Part shown: positions 12,660-24,617 of the stretch, piece by piece
Position numbering within the stretch: the first letter of the stretch is position 1
How the letters are laid out: each line of letters starts with the position of its first letter
Source: Chiloscyllium plagiosum
Lineage: Eukaryota
DNA: 37,355 nucleotides
Direction of reading: 5' to 3'
Assembly (NCBI RefSeq): GCF_004010195.1
Contig: NC_057718.1
Location: forward strand, 42,754,902-42,792,256
The notes under the pieces: generated by a model
What the model was told of the DNA's origin: nothing
Seen by the model: only the letters and a program-made list of their open reading frames with translations
Database searches by the model: none
Program-made: the position numbers and the translations under genes

Positions 12660-13724
12660 AAGTCTTTCATTATTATTTGTTCACCTTGTTGTAGTCTGAA
12701 TTACAACTATTAAAGATGCATTTATTGGTTCAAGTGGAGTTTGCTGTGCAGCAGTTATCTGTTTGATGCAAGCATTTATTCTGAGTCTTATGATCTAAAT
12801 TCTTTCCAGTGTTGTTAGCAATATAAAACTCTTCTGCCAACCCCGCATAGTCATAGTATATACTGACATACAGTCTTTCTGACAGTATGAAACAGGTTCT
12901 TTTGCCAATATAGTTAATCTCAATGGATTCTACATTTTGGTTGGGTTCAGCTGCAAGTCTAGGAAGCCCTATGAATCTTTTACCAGTTGTTCAAGAATGG
13001 AAATTTCTTTGACCTATTTTTGCCTGATTGGCTCGTCCTTGACCAGTTAATCAAAAAATTGGTCATTTCTTCCTTCTGCCATTTGGATATGATTCAGGTG
13101 AAAACACAAATCCATGTTCAAAAATGTAAGTTATGCTTGTAATTTAACTTTAGACTTAAGCACTATACATCCTGAACAATGTTATTGCACTGCTATAGGT
13201 TATAAACTATATTTGTTCAAACACAATCTGATAATATACTGACATTCACCCCTGTATTGACATTAAAATTAAAATCATAAGATATCCATCAACATAAATA
13301 TCCTCTTTGCCAAAAAGCCAGATCTGCTTCATATGTTTCCATTTGGAATGCCTTTGGCTTAATATCTATTGTAGGCTGTTCTCACTTATGAACTTCTTTG
13401 TGAGTGGCTATTTGTCTTCATGCTGCTTTATGTCCTACTTTAGCACATTTTATCAAAGTTTCATATTATTTTACAGTAATAACATTTTTTATTTGTAGCT
13501 GGGCACTTCTTGTGTCCATGAAGTTACTTTGCTTCACAATGCTGATTTTAGTGACTGGTGTCTATCTTATTCTATAATTTGCTTCTGGTGTACATCTTTA
13601 GTAGTTTTATATCCTGAGAACTGAAGTATCTGTTGCTTCTTTAATAGCTTGGCAAGTACTAATGTCAACTATACTTCAAAGCAAATACAAACATGTATTT
13701 ACATGTTCAGCTTCTGGCTTAGTA

Positions 13725-13943
13725 CAGTCAGTTCATCTATAACGCGATGGTTGTGTTCTTGTGCAACCCCATGTTGCAGAAAAATTATGCTTTAGAAACA
13801 ACATTTAAAGTGTTGTCACTGTAATTGCAATACAGCCAACAGATGTTTGAAAAGTTTGTGCTTCAGAAACAGCATCCCCAATTCATCAATTGCGTTACAG
13901 CAAATTCATGTTGCTGCAATGCACATTATAATAGAACGAGCTG
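13725..13943. mobile_element. Tc1/mariner-pogo (Tigger/MER6-like) MITE
   Basis: TA|CAGTCAGTTC..TATAA ... TTATAATAGAACGAGCTG|TA: imperfect TIRs starting CAG, with a TA target duplication (13723-24 and 13944-45). Confidence 0.75.
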
Positions 13944-14542
13944 TATCTAGTTTGGAAGAAATTCCATGTCTTAAAATTATTCCTCGAAGATGTCAAATTA
14001 ATTCTGCAATGGAGCAATGCTTATGCTGTATACATTTATGTATGCACTTGTGTGGCCAACATGGCTGATTCCTGCCTTTTATGAGCATAATGGTGATTCC
14101 TATTCTTTCTATATCTTCTGTCGATGAATTCCTCTAATCATGTCCTTAATAAATGCTTCCCACCTTCTTGACAGCATAACTGAACTAATTCCATTACCTG
14201 TTACTTTACCAAATGATTTCCATGCTTTTAATGGCTTTACTGGATGAAACCTCCTCTTCCAAGCTTTTTTTCCAGGATGATTCCCACTTTCTATGGTGTT
14301 ACTTATAATCCATATTGCTTCATTTTTGTTTTATTCCTGGATGAATACTGTAGTTGGTGCTTTGAACAAACTCTTCGTATCTTTATCACAATTTAACTAA
14401 CAGATCTCATGTAATTTCTGTGACCTCAATTATTTCCCAATTTTCTTCTTCCATTAGATTTTGTCTCCTTAGGCTTCTAATGAGATGACCATGTTCTAAA
14501 TTGTTTCTGTGACCCTTGATCTCCTTTATTGTAATTGTATGA

Positions 14543-14743
14543 CGGCTGTAGAGGCTGGGTCATTAAGCATATTCAAGACTGAAATAGACAGATGTTTAAT
14601 GAGTAAGGGAATCAGAGGTTATGGGGATAAGACAGAAAAGTGGAGTTGAAGATTATCAGATCAGCCATGTTTCATTGAATGATGGAGTAGATTTGATGAG
14701 TCAAATGTCCATCTTCTGCACCCATACTTTATTGTCTTATGGT
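14543..14743 (+). mobile_element. CR1 LINE 3' terminal fragment
   Basis: ggctgtagaggctgggtcatt...ttcaagactgaaatagacaga...agatcagccatg...gtcttatggt. Parallels the 3' ends at ~11740-11927 and ~34716-34920. Confidence 0.8.
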
Positions 14744-15304
14744 GCCTCCTGGCACCCACTTGTCAAGGCAAGAATGCTCAGACTGAGTTATAAGCAGATC
14801 ATGTATTTCTAGACTTTGCAGCCTGAGAACTACACCCCTTTGAAAATTGCCCCTTCCCACCAGGGATTTCACCTCTACTCACGTAGCCTCTAACTTCCGT
14901 TCACTCTCCAGCTGAACCTTGACTTGAGGGCACTCCTACAGATCATCACCACCAGATGCAACCTGTAACTGGCTCGAGTTCCAACCTCAAAGGGCAGGTT
15001 TACTATCCAATCAGGGACAGCGGATAGACAGTGAAAACTGGGCAGCCAAGAGAATTTCTTTAAGCTTGAAAGCAGGACGCCCCGGAATGTATGTCAGAGA
15101 AAGAGGGAGAGTCAAAATAGAGGCACCTCCCTCCAATTTCTTTTACAAATTAAAGTAAAAATAGGATGCAGTGGCCAAACTGTCTTCAGGCAGGCAGTGG
15201 GGGGCATGCCTAGTTTGCCTGGAATATTGTACCTCCATGCCTTGCCTTCCCCATCATACCAAAGGGGTTTTCCCCTGGGAGGCCACTTCTAGACAGGATG
15301 TGGA

Positions 15305-15467
15305 GGAGCCGGTGTTGGACCAGGGCGGATAAAGTTAAAAATCACACACCAGTTTAGTGTCCAACAGGTTTATTTGGAACCACCTGAGGAAGGAGCAGCA
15401 CTCGGAAAGCTAATGCTTCCAAATAAACCTATTGGAGTATTATCTGGTTTTGTGTGATTTTTAACTT
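15305..15467. mobile_element. Penelope inverted-pLTR (fold-back) insertion, second family, with hammerhead-like motif
   Basis: Arms aagttaaaaatcacaca...ccaacaggtttatttggaa (15332-15379) and ttccaaataaacctattgg...tgtgtgatttttaactt (15417-15467). Centre: cac-CTGAGGA-aggagcagcactcg-GAAA-gcta. Confidence 0.75.
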
Positions 15468-16430
15468 CCAGACCGGTAAGCTGTCCCTTGCAACCTGCAA
15501 GGACATGGAAGTAACCTGGAATGTCCCCTTACAATAAGTTTCTTGTGGGTGAGTAGCCTAGCCTTTAACCTGATTCTGGGAAAATGGCCTTGAGTGCAAT
15601 TTTTAGAATCGAGCAGCTGCAGTCTGCAATCCCAGAGAGGGATAAAAGTCCTATCCTTGATTTTCGTCATGGTGTCATGTGCAGTAATAGTCAACAATGT
15701 AGAGGAGAATTCATACTTCACAATCTAGGCATTTCCTACCATCACAAGCCCCGAGCTTCCTTTAAATATATTTTACATATAAATTCAGTAGACTGCTTCA
15801 ACAGTCTTCTTCTTGATAATTCCTGGTGTTTCATTCGGCTGGAATATAGGTGGAACTTATTCGAGCCAGTCAGGGGTTGGCAGGTCTTCATTGCTGGCAG
15901 CAACACCAGGAGCAGTGACTGCAGTTGCTAAAACATCTCAAAATTGGCCGAGGGTTGCCAAGGCCACAGGTGAGTGAAGGTGGGACGGGGATAATGGGCT
16001 GGGATTGCCGGCTGGAGATGACAGGAGTTACGGCTTTCTTCCCCCGCTTACCCTATGCCGAGTCCTTCAATCAGGCATCGGGTATTTTCAAGGGATGACT
16101 CCTCCTGGAAGGCTGCAGTTTCTGGTTTGTCCAGTTAACAAATCCCCTGCTTGTTGAATGTGGCTCTGAAGCAGATAAGTGACATCTGGGCGGGGAGCCT
16201 GTCCACAAGCTGTCCCAGTCCATATCTTGTCTGTATTTTGTCACATGATCAAGTGCTATTCCCACTTCCAAACACTCCTCCGAAGCAAGGGGAGAATTAA
16301 ATACTGCACTCATTCCATTTCTAAACATTGTTATTCTTTCTTTTACGGACTGTGTCAATATAAAAAAAAGGCACTTGATACTAAATTTTTTAATATGCCT
16401 GATAATTTAATTGTATTTTAATTAACTTCA

Positions 16431-17215
16431 GTGAGGACAGTTAGAGGCAATGAGGAATTTACAAGAGCAAGGGGATGTGATGGATGGCAGTTAAAGGAAA
16501 GGGGAAAAGTCTCAGATACAGTCACATAGATGGGTTAACTTCAGGAAAGGTAAGAGAGGTAGGTAGGTAGTGTAGGCGTTTTCTGTGGCTATCCCCATTT
16601 CAAAAAACTATGCTGTTTTGGAAAATATAGGGAGTGATGGATTCTCAGGGGAGTGTAGCACAAACAGCCAAGTTTCTGGTATCAAGACTGGCTCTAATGC
16701 CAGGTTCCAAGAGATCGATTGTGTTAGGGGACTCTGTAGTCCGAGGTACAGACAGATGTTTCTGTGGCCAGCAGCGAAAAAGCAGAATGGTGTGTTGCTT
16801 CCCTGGTGCCAGGATCAAGGATGTCTCAGAGAGGGTGCAGAATGTTCTCACGGGGGAGAGGGGCCAGCAAGAGGTCATTGTACACATTGGAACCAGCGAC
16901 ATAAGAAGGGAAAAGATTGAGATTCTGAAGGGACAATGTAGAGAGTTAGGCAGGAATTTAAAAAGGAGGTCCTCGAGATTAATAATGCCTGGATTACTCT
17001 CGGTGCTATGAGCTAGTGAGGGCAGGATTAGGAGGATAAAGCAGATGAATGCATGGCTGAGGAGCTGGTCTATGGAAGAAAGATCCACACTTTTGAATCA
17101 TTAAAATCTCTTCTGGAGTAGAAGTGACCTGTACAAGAAGGATGGTTTGTTAGAAGGGGACTAATATATTGGCGTGGAGATTTGCTACAGCTGATCAGGA
17201 GGATTTAAACTAGTG
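16431..17215 (+). pseudogene. CR1 ORF1 remnant with SGNH/GDSL esterase domain
   Basis: GDS motif and HIGT.D block in ORF 16634-17011. Disrupted by stop codons. Confidence 0.8.
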
Positions 17216-17339
17216 AGGTGGAGTGGAGGGGGACCCAGGGAGATAGTGAGGAAAGTGATCAATCTGAGATTGGTACAGTTGAGAAAAGAAGCGAGTCAAA
17301 CAGTCAGGGCAGGCAGGAACAAAGCAGAGAACAAGGTAG

Positions 17340-20080
17340 GACTGATAAATTAAACTGCATTTATTTCAATGCAAGAGGGCGAACAGGGAAGACAGATGAA
17401 TTCAGGGCATGGTTAGGAACATGAGACTGGGATATCATAGCAATTACAGAAACATGGCTCAAGGATGGACAGGACTTGCAGCTTAATGTTCCAGTATACA
17501 AATGCTACAGGATGGATAGAAAGGGTGGCAAGAGAGGAGGGGGAGTGACTTTTTTGATAAGGGATAGCATTACAGCTGTGCTGAGGGAGGATATTCCCAG
17601 AAATACATCCAGGGAAGTTATTTGGATGGAGCTGAGAAATAAGAAAGGGATGATCACCTTATTGGGATTGTATTATCGACCCCCTAATAGTCAATGGGAA
17701 ATTGAGAAAAAAATTTGTAGAGAGATCTCAGTTATCTGGAGGATAATAGGGTAGTTATGATAGGGGATTTTAACTTTCCAAACATAGACTGGGACTGCCG
17801 TAGTGTTAAGGGTTTAGATGGAGACGAATTTGTTAAGTGTGTGCAAGAGAATTTTCTGATTCAGTATGTGGACGTACCTACTAGAGAAGGTGCAAAACTT
17901 GACCTACTCTTGCGAAATAAGGCAGGGCAGGTGACTGAGATGTCAGTAGGGGAGGACTTTGGGGCCAGCGACCATAATTCTATTAGTTTAAAATAGTGAT
18001 GGAAAAGGATAGACCAGATCTAAAAGTTGAAGTTATAAATTGGAGGAAGGCTAATTTTGATGGTATTAGGCAAGAACCTTCAAAAGCTGATTGGGGGCAG
18101 ATGTTCACAGTAAAGGAACGGCTACAAAATGGGAAGTCTTCAGAAACGAGATAATGAGAGTCCAGAGAAAGTGTATTCTTAGGATGAAAGGAAAGGCTGG
18201 TAGGTATAGGGAATGCTGGATGACTAAAGAAATTGAGTGTTTGGTTAAGAAAAAGAAGGAAGTGTATGTCAGGTATAGACAGGATAGATTGGGTGAATCC
18301 TTAGAAGAGTATAAAGGCAGTAGGAGTATACTTAAGCGGGAAATCAGGAGGGCAAAAAGGGGACATGAGATCGCTTTGGCAAATAGAATTAAGGAGAATC
18401 CAAAGGGTTTTTACAAGTACATTAGGGACAAAAAGGTAACGGGAGAGAATAGGGCCCCGCAAAGATCAGCAAGACGGCCTTTGTGTGGAACCACAGGAGA
18501 TGAGGGAGATACTAAACAACTATTTTGCATCAATATTTACTGTGGAGAAGGACATGGAAGATATAGAATGCAGGGAAATAGATGGTGACATCTTTAAAAA
18601 TGTCCATATTGCAGATGTTGTGAAACATATAAAGCTGGATAAATCCCCAACACCTGATCAGGTGTACCCTAGAACTCTTGGGAAGTTAGGGCAGTGATTG
18701 CTGGGCCCTTGCTGAGATATTTGTATCATCGATCATCACAGGTGAGGTGCTGGAAGACTGTGGGTTGGATAATGTGGTGCCACTATTTAAGAAAGGTGGT
18801 AAGGACAAGCCAGGGAACCATAGAGCAGTGAGCCTGATGTCGGTGGTGAGCAAGTTGTTGGAGGAAAGCCTGAGGGACAGGATGTACATGTACTTGGAAA
18901 GGCAAGGATTGATTAGGGATAGTCAACATGGCTTTGTGCATGGGAAATCATGTCTCAAAAACTTGACGGAGTTTTTTGAAGAAGTAACTAAGAGGATTGA
19001 TGACAGCAGAGTTAGACGTGATCTATATGGACTTCAGTAAGGTGTTCGACAAGGTTCCCCATAGGAGATTGGTTAGCTAAGTTAGATCTCATGGAATACA
19101 GGGAGAATTAGCCATTTGGATACAGAACTAGCTCAAAGGTAGAAGACTGAGGATGGTGCTGGAGGGTTATTTTTCAGACTGGAAGCCTGCGACCAGTGGA
19201 GTGCCACAAGGATCGGTGCTGGGTCGACTATTTTTCATAATTTATATGAATGATTTGGATGTGAGCATAAGAGGTATGGTGGGTAAGTTTGCAGATGACA
19301 CCAAAATTGGAGGTGTAGTGAACAGTGAAGAGAGTTACCTCAGATTACAAATGGATCTTGATCAGATGGGCCAATGGGCTAAGGAGAGGCAGATGGTGTT
19401 TAATTTAGATAAATGCGAGGTGCTGCATTTTGGGAAAGCAAATCTTAGCAGGACATATACACTTAATGGTAAGGTCCTGAGTAATGTCGCTGAACAAAGA
19501 GACCTTGGAGTGCAGGTTCATGCTCCTTGAAAGTGGAGTCGCAGGTAAATAGGATAGTGAAGAAGGCGTTTGATATGCTTTCCTTTGTTGGTCAGAGTAT
19601 TAAGTATATGGGTTGGGAGGTTATGTTGCGGTTGTACAGGACACTGGAATATTGTGTGCAATTCTGGTTTCCTTCCTATCAGAAAGATGCTATGAAACTT
19701 GAAAGAGTTCAGAAAAGATTTACAAGCATGTTGCCAGGGTTGGAGGATTTGAGATATAGGGAGAGGTTGAATAGGCTGGGGCTGTTTTCCCTGGAGCATC
19801 GGAGGTTGAGGGGTGACATTATAAAGGTTTATAAAATCATGAGGGGCATGGATAGGATAAATAGACAAAGTCTTTTCCCTGGGTTGGGGGAGTCCAGAAC
19901 TAGAGGGCATAGATTTAGGGTGAGAGGGGAAAGATATAAAAGAGACTATGGGGCAACTTTTTCACATGGAGGGTGGTAAGGGTATGGAATGAACTGCCAG
20001 AGGAAGTGGTGGAGGCTGGTACAATTGCAGCATTTAAGAGGCATTTGGATGGGTATATGAATAGGAAGGGTTTGGAGGGA
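17340..20080 (+). pseudogene. CR1 ORF2 remnant (endonuclease + reverse transcriptase)
   Basis: Consecutive + strand ORF fragments (17476, 17757, 18091, 18485, 18747, 19153, 19527) carry the EN and RT motifs in order. Confidence 0.9.
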
Positions 20081-20668
20081 TATGGGCTGGGTGCTGGCAG
20101 GTGGGACTAGGTTGGGTTGGGATATCTGGTCGGCATGGACGGATTGGATCGAAGGGTCTGTTTCCATGCTGTACATCTCTCTGACTTTATGGCTATTCCA
20201 CTAAGAGTTTAATACATGGCTGCCTGCTTGCTGCATTTACAGTTGTGTTTGAAACATAAGCTGCTGGCACATGGTGGAAATATGTGTTTGATATAGTACA
20301 TTGCTGTACAACAAGATGTCCACCCCTACACTGAGGACAGCTTAACAGCAAGACCAGCTGCCCGGTTGTCTGACTGCTAATTGGCACGGCAAGGCAAGAC
20401 AGGGCATGGATGATGCTGGCATGCAAGTAGAGATTAATTAGAGAGTAGAGCAAGAGAGCAAGCAAGCAAGCAGTCCTAAGGTGCAGCTTGGTCCAGTTCA
20501 TGAGTTGCTGGGTACCTGTGCCTGCTGTAGCCTTTCAATGCTAACTACCTATGCAATGCAAGTCTGTGCTTCCAGAGTAGAAAGTGAGGTCTGCAGATGC
20601 TGGAGATCAGAGCTGGAAATGTGTTGCTGGAAAAGTGCAGCAGGTCAGGCAGCATCCAGGGAACAGGA

Positions 20669-20704
20669 GAATCGACGTTTCGGGCATAAGCCCTTCTTCA
20701 GGAA
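20669..20704 (-). ncRNA. Minimal hammerhead ribozyme motif (mirror copy)
   Basis: Exact reverse complement of the motif at 20709-20744. Confidence 0.7.
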
Positions 20705-20708
20705 GGGC

Positions 20709-20744
20709 TTCCTGAAGAAGGGCTTATGCCCGAAACGTCGATTC
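20709..20744 (+). ncRNA. Minimal hammerhead ribozyme motif (PLE type)
   Basis: CTGAAGA(20712-18)-A-GGGC-TTAT-GCCC-GAAA-CG-TC. Core intact, stem III is the palindrome ACGT, predicted cleavage after 20739. Stem I is very short. Confidence 0.7.
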
Positions 20745-20949
20745 TCCTGTTCCCTGGATGCTGCCTGACCTGCTGCGCTTTTCCAGCAACACATTTCCAG
20801 CTCTATGCTTCCAGAGTACACTGGCAATGCATCCAAGAGGTGCCAGAATGATTGTGAGGGGATGACGAATGTCTGTGGATGAAGATTGCATATGCTTGGT
20901 GCCTGTGCATTGCGCCCTGGGCTGCAGCATAGTCATAGGCAATATGAAG

Positions 20950-21162
20950 CAAGATTAGAGTGATGCTGGAAAACCACAGCAGGTCAGGCAGCATCCGAGG
21001 AGCAGGAAAATCAATGTTTCAGGCAAACGTCCTTCCTGATGAAGGGCTTTTGCCTGAAATGTCGATTTTTCTGCTCCTCGGATGCTGCCTAACCTGCTGT
21101 GCTTTTCCAACACCCCTCTAATCTTGACTCTGATCTCCACCATTTGCAGTCCTCACTTTTGC
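20950..21162. mobile_element. Older Penelope inverted-pLTR insertion (related subfamily) with hammerhead motif
   Basis: Arms caagattagag...(20950-) and ...ctctaatcttg (-21126), then a tail actctgatctccaccatttgcagtcctcacttt. Flanking repeat gcaatatga at 20939-47 and 21168-76. Motif CTGATGA-A-GGGC-TTTT-GCCT-GAAA-TG-TC at 21036-21063. Confidence 0.85.
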
Positions 21163-23029
21163 TGTAAGCAATATGAGGGTCTTCAGGGCGAGCAGCAAGC
21201 TGAATCTGCCAGATACATGCTCCGGTTTCCATGTTGATTTTCCTGATGTCTACCTTATTTGGCAAGTTTGCTAAGATGGGAGAGTGAATATTAATGAGGT
21301 GAGTTGTACTGTGTAGCAAGTAGTAATCACTCACTGCTGCTGCCCAACAAGAATCTCACCAGGCCACATGTGGAAAGCTAGAAGATCATGCAAGTTACTC
21401 CTGCAATTGATGTGGGCCGAAGCAAAATTCCTGCCCAATTTTGTCACACATCTAAGCACTGCTTACTTTGCACAGACCTCTACAAGATCCTGCCTCAATT
21501 GTTTTAGTTCATTTTAGGAAGCTAGTATTTTGTAGTAATATTTTATTTTCATGATTTCATGGAAAAATATCCTGAATTATGAAAATAAATGTGACATGGA
21601 TATGTTGTTATAAAATTTCTATATATATAGAAGTACACAAGTATAATTAGCCCTAGCAGGGAAAAACAATTGTGGTGAAAGGGTGATAGATGAATACTGG
21701 TGATTGAATTCTAAAATATCATCTTAGTGTTATTGGAATTTGGATGGGCCCAGTGAGAGATCTGACTGAGGCTACAGAATGTAGTCAGTCACAGGAGATG
21801 AAGGTGTAAAATCAGGACAATCTCCTATTTGGCTGCACTCTAAAATCTGCCAAAGTTCGCAGGGTAACATGAAGAATCCTATGTGATTGACTGTCTATTA
21901 GTCTCAGTGAAGGAAGACAATACGGATGTGAGAAGACAGTAATGGATAACAGTATATTGCAACTCCTTTATTACAGGGATAGGATTAGATCAGAGGAAGC
22001 GGAATTATTTTTATAAATACAACTAGATATTTACTAACAAGCTTGATAATCATTCAGACTAGAATGTGAACTGAATGCCATTGACTCAATAATATTAGGT
22101 TACTTGTGAAAGCATCCCTAAATTCAGCATCTATGTGATCCCAGTAGAAATGTATGGGGGTAGAATGCAAACTAAACAATTAATTAAAGGTCAGGTATCT
22201 CTTATGTATATAATCCTATTCAAAACCTTAAAAATGCTTTACATGGGACCCTTCCTTTAATGGACAAGTAGCAGTGAAAAGTATAAGGGTCAGCTGCCTG
22301 CTGTGTTATATAGCTGTTGTGTTCCCTGCCAGATATATTCCAGAAAATTTGCTGCATTTATAATTTGTTTCCAAAACAAATAATGAACTTTATGACAGGA
22401 CCAGCAAATGGTGCTAAAGATAGTTACAGTATGATCACTCTGGACAACTGTTCAGGACTATGAGAACATTAAGGGTATGTGTTTGAACTCCAGTGAAGGA
22501 ACTCATCATGATATAAATTATCTATGAACTACCATAAAGAGGGGGGTGTTCCTTCATAAATAATCATATTCCACAGAGCTACACTGTTGCCAAAATATGG
22601 CAAGTATGCATCTGAACAAACTGATACTCAACCAGGTTAGGCCTGAACATAACAGGGAAAATGTTGTGATTCCTTTGGCAGTTCATGCACTTTATAAATT
22701 CACTATATATATATCATTAACTCTTGCAGAGCCACTGATGAATTGCTACATTGATTAACTTTCAATTTTGCTCTCAATTTGAAGGTTGTATTCAATTTAA
22801 TTCATGGATAGCCTATGTTCACTACACTCTCATAATTACCTATCAAATTTATTTCAAAACATTTCATGGACTAATACCTCAACTCCTAGCTTTCAAACTT
22901 AAGAAGGAGGCTCACCAAATGATATGTAACAAAGGGAAAATGTATTTAGTTCATTTCTGACAAGTTTACTCATTAGGTACTCATCAGCTCCACATTCCAA
23001 TCAGTTACCACTTTCACTTTCAGTCAATA

Positions 23030-23170
23030 GCCTCAGCTGAGATAATTGGACTGAGCGAGGCCAGCCATAGGGTGCTATACCTATCCTCAGTGGCCCTGGG
23101 TTAGGAAGAGAAAAATCAACCATTTTTCTCTTTTTTTGATCTGTGTCCAACAGATCCTACTGGAAGTACA
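23030..23170 (+). mobile_element. Possible fragment of an ancient SINE, family unassigned
   Basis: agggtgctatacctatcctcagtggccctgggttaggaagagaaaaatcaacca resembles a recalled old shark interspersed repeat. No second copy in this window. Confidence 0.3.
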
Positions 23171-24300
23171 AATTGATTGATGACATAATTGATCTTGGGA
23201 ATGAAGACACTCAAAGGTGGGTGAAATGCAGATTGAAGTTAAAGCCAGATCGTGGTTAGATGCCTTTTCAAACGGCAGATACAAGCCATGCTTTCAGAAC
23301 TGATGGGGAGAAAATCATTGAGGTAAATATGAAGTAAAAATTGCAATATTAACCAAAATCCTAAAATTGGTGCTCCCCCAATAAGCAGTAAAACAATTGT
23401 TCATAACCAAGAGGTTTTAGATTTATGCCCAGTGCTGACCGTGAATACACCGTGTGGGTATGACTTTATACACACATCTGAGAGTTTGTGTTCAAGACAG
23501 ATTGGTTGAGGAGAAGTCAAGGTGAAGAACTCTCTTCAGGCTTAGAAATATGTTATTTGCATATGAATATTACCTACTGCTCCACGTGGTAATCTGAAAT
23601 ATACATCACTCTCACCTGACTATTATTACTAAAAAACTATTCTCTATGTGCTTCTCTCTTCACTCTTCCAATTGCTGTCCGCCTCCAACTATACTGTGAT
23701 ATTTATGCCTAGTGTGAGCTTCCCCTTAACATTGTAAGGTTTCTCCAGGGTCTTAAAGCCTTCACATAACATGCTGTCCCAAGTTTTCCCCAGCTCTCCA
23801 TATCATAAACGTTGAATAACATTTATATGCAATCTCAAATGAGTGACTTAAATAACATTTGCACATTTCCTTTCCTTATATTTCCAACTATTCTCCAGAT
23901 CATGGACTTCATTCATCTGTGCTGATGGGTGGGTAAGGATGAGATATGGAAACTCGGGGTGAAGTTGATCAACTTCCTTTTTCTCTGCTGGCTTCTGTAA
24001 AATTCCATGAAATATTGAACAAATGTTGCTATAAGATTGTCAAATGTAATTTCTTTCTCATCAATCTGTTTTCTATGTAACACATGACCTGATGGTTTTT
24101 TCCATGTAGTCAGGAAATGTGCTACTCTGTTCTGTATTTGATTTGGTGTTCAATTCTGAAACTGCTTGAAATCTTGGACTTTCCACATGTGCCAACTTGC
24201 TATTCTATCCAACAAACCTGAAAGATTCAATTTCTCTATTGGAAAGATTGGTATCAGTGAATTTTGGTGCATTAGCTGTTTGTTGATAGGCACTTGAATA

Positions 24301-24617
24301 TTAGAATAGATTCCTTACAGTGTGGAAACAGGGCCTTTGGCCCAACAAGTCCATACTCACCGCCCAAAGAGTAACCCACCCAAACTCATTTACCCCTGAC
24401 TAATGCACCTAACACCATGGGCAATTTAGGATGGTCAATTCACCTGGCCTGCACATCTTTGGATTGTGGGAGGAAACTGGAGCACCCGGAAGAAACCCAC
24501 ACAGACACAGGGAGAACGTGCAACCTCCACACAGACAGGCACCTGAGGCTGGAATCGAATCCAGGTCCCTAGCATTGTGAGGCAGCAGTGCTAACCACTG
24601 AGCCACCATGCCACCCA
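24301..24617 (-). mobile_element. HE1-type SINE
   Basis: Minus strand gggtggcatggtggctcagtggttagcactgctgcctcaca...gattcgattcc (boxes A and B). Tail gcctgtttccacactgtaaggaatcta. Confidence 0.9.

Larger units (their letters stand above)
16431..20192 (+). mobile_element. Near full-length but decayed CR1/HER1-type LINE (ORF1 esterase + ORF2 APE endonuclease/RT + 3' UTR)
   Basis: ORF1: IVLGDSVVRG...CFPGARIKDV...VIVHIGTSD (SGNH esterase). EN: YFNARG, YYRPPN, GDFNFP, SDHN. RT: NHRAVSLMSVVSKLLE, QHGF, GVPQGSVLG, FADDTK. Tail: ctctctgactttatg. Many stops and frameshifts. Confidence 0.95.
20580..20805. mobile_element. Young Penelope inverted-pLTR insertion: 97 bp arms, 29 nt tail, 13 bp TSD
   Basis: Arms 20609-20705 and 20708-20804 are complementary with one mismatch. 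TSD tgcttccagagta at 20567-20579 and 20806-20818. Nearly identical to 37197-37289. Confidence 0.9.

Noticed and set aside
14060..14530. Possible very old minus-strand CR1 RT fragment
   Set aside because: Too degenerate to support with clear motifs.
20481..20836. Two opposite-strand ORFs with the same peptide (MCCWKSAAGQAASREQENRRFGHKPFFR), repeated at 37084-37320
   Set aside because: A by-product of the pLTR palindrome and its copy, not a gene family.
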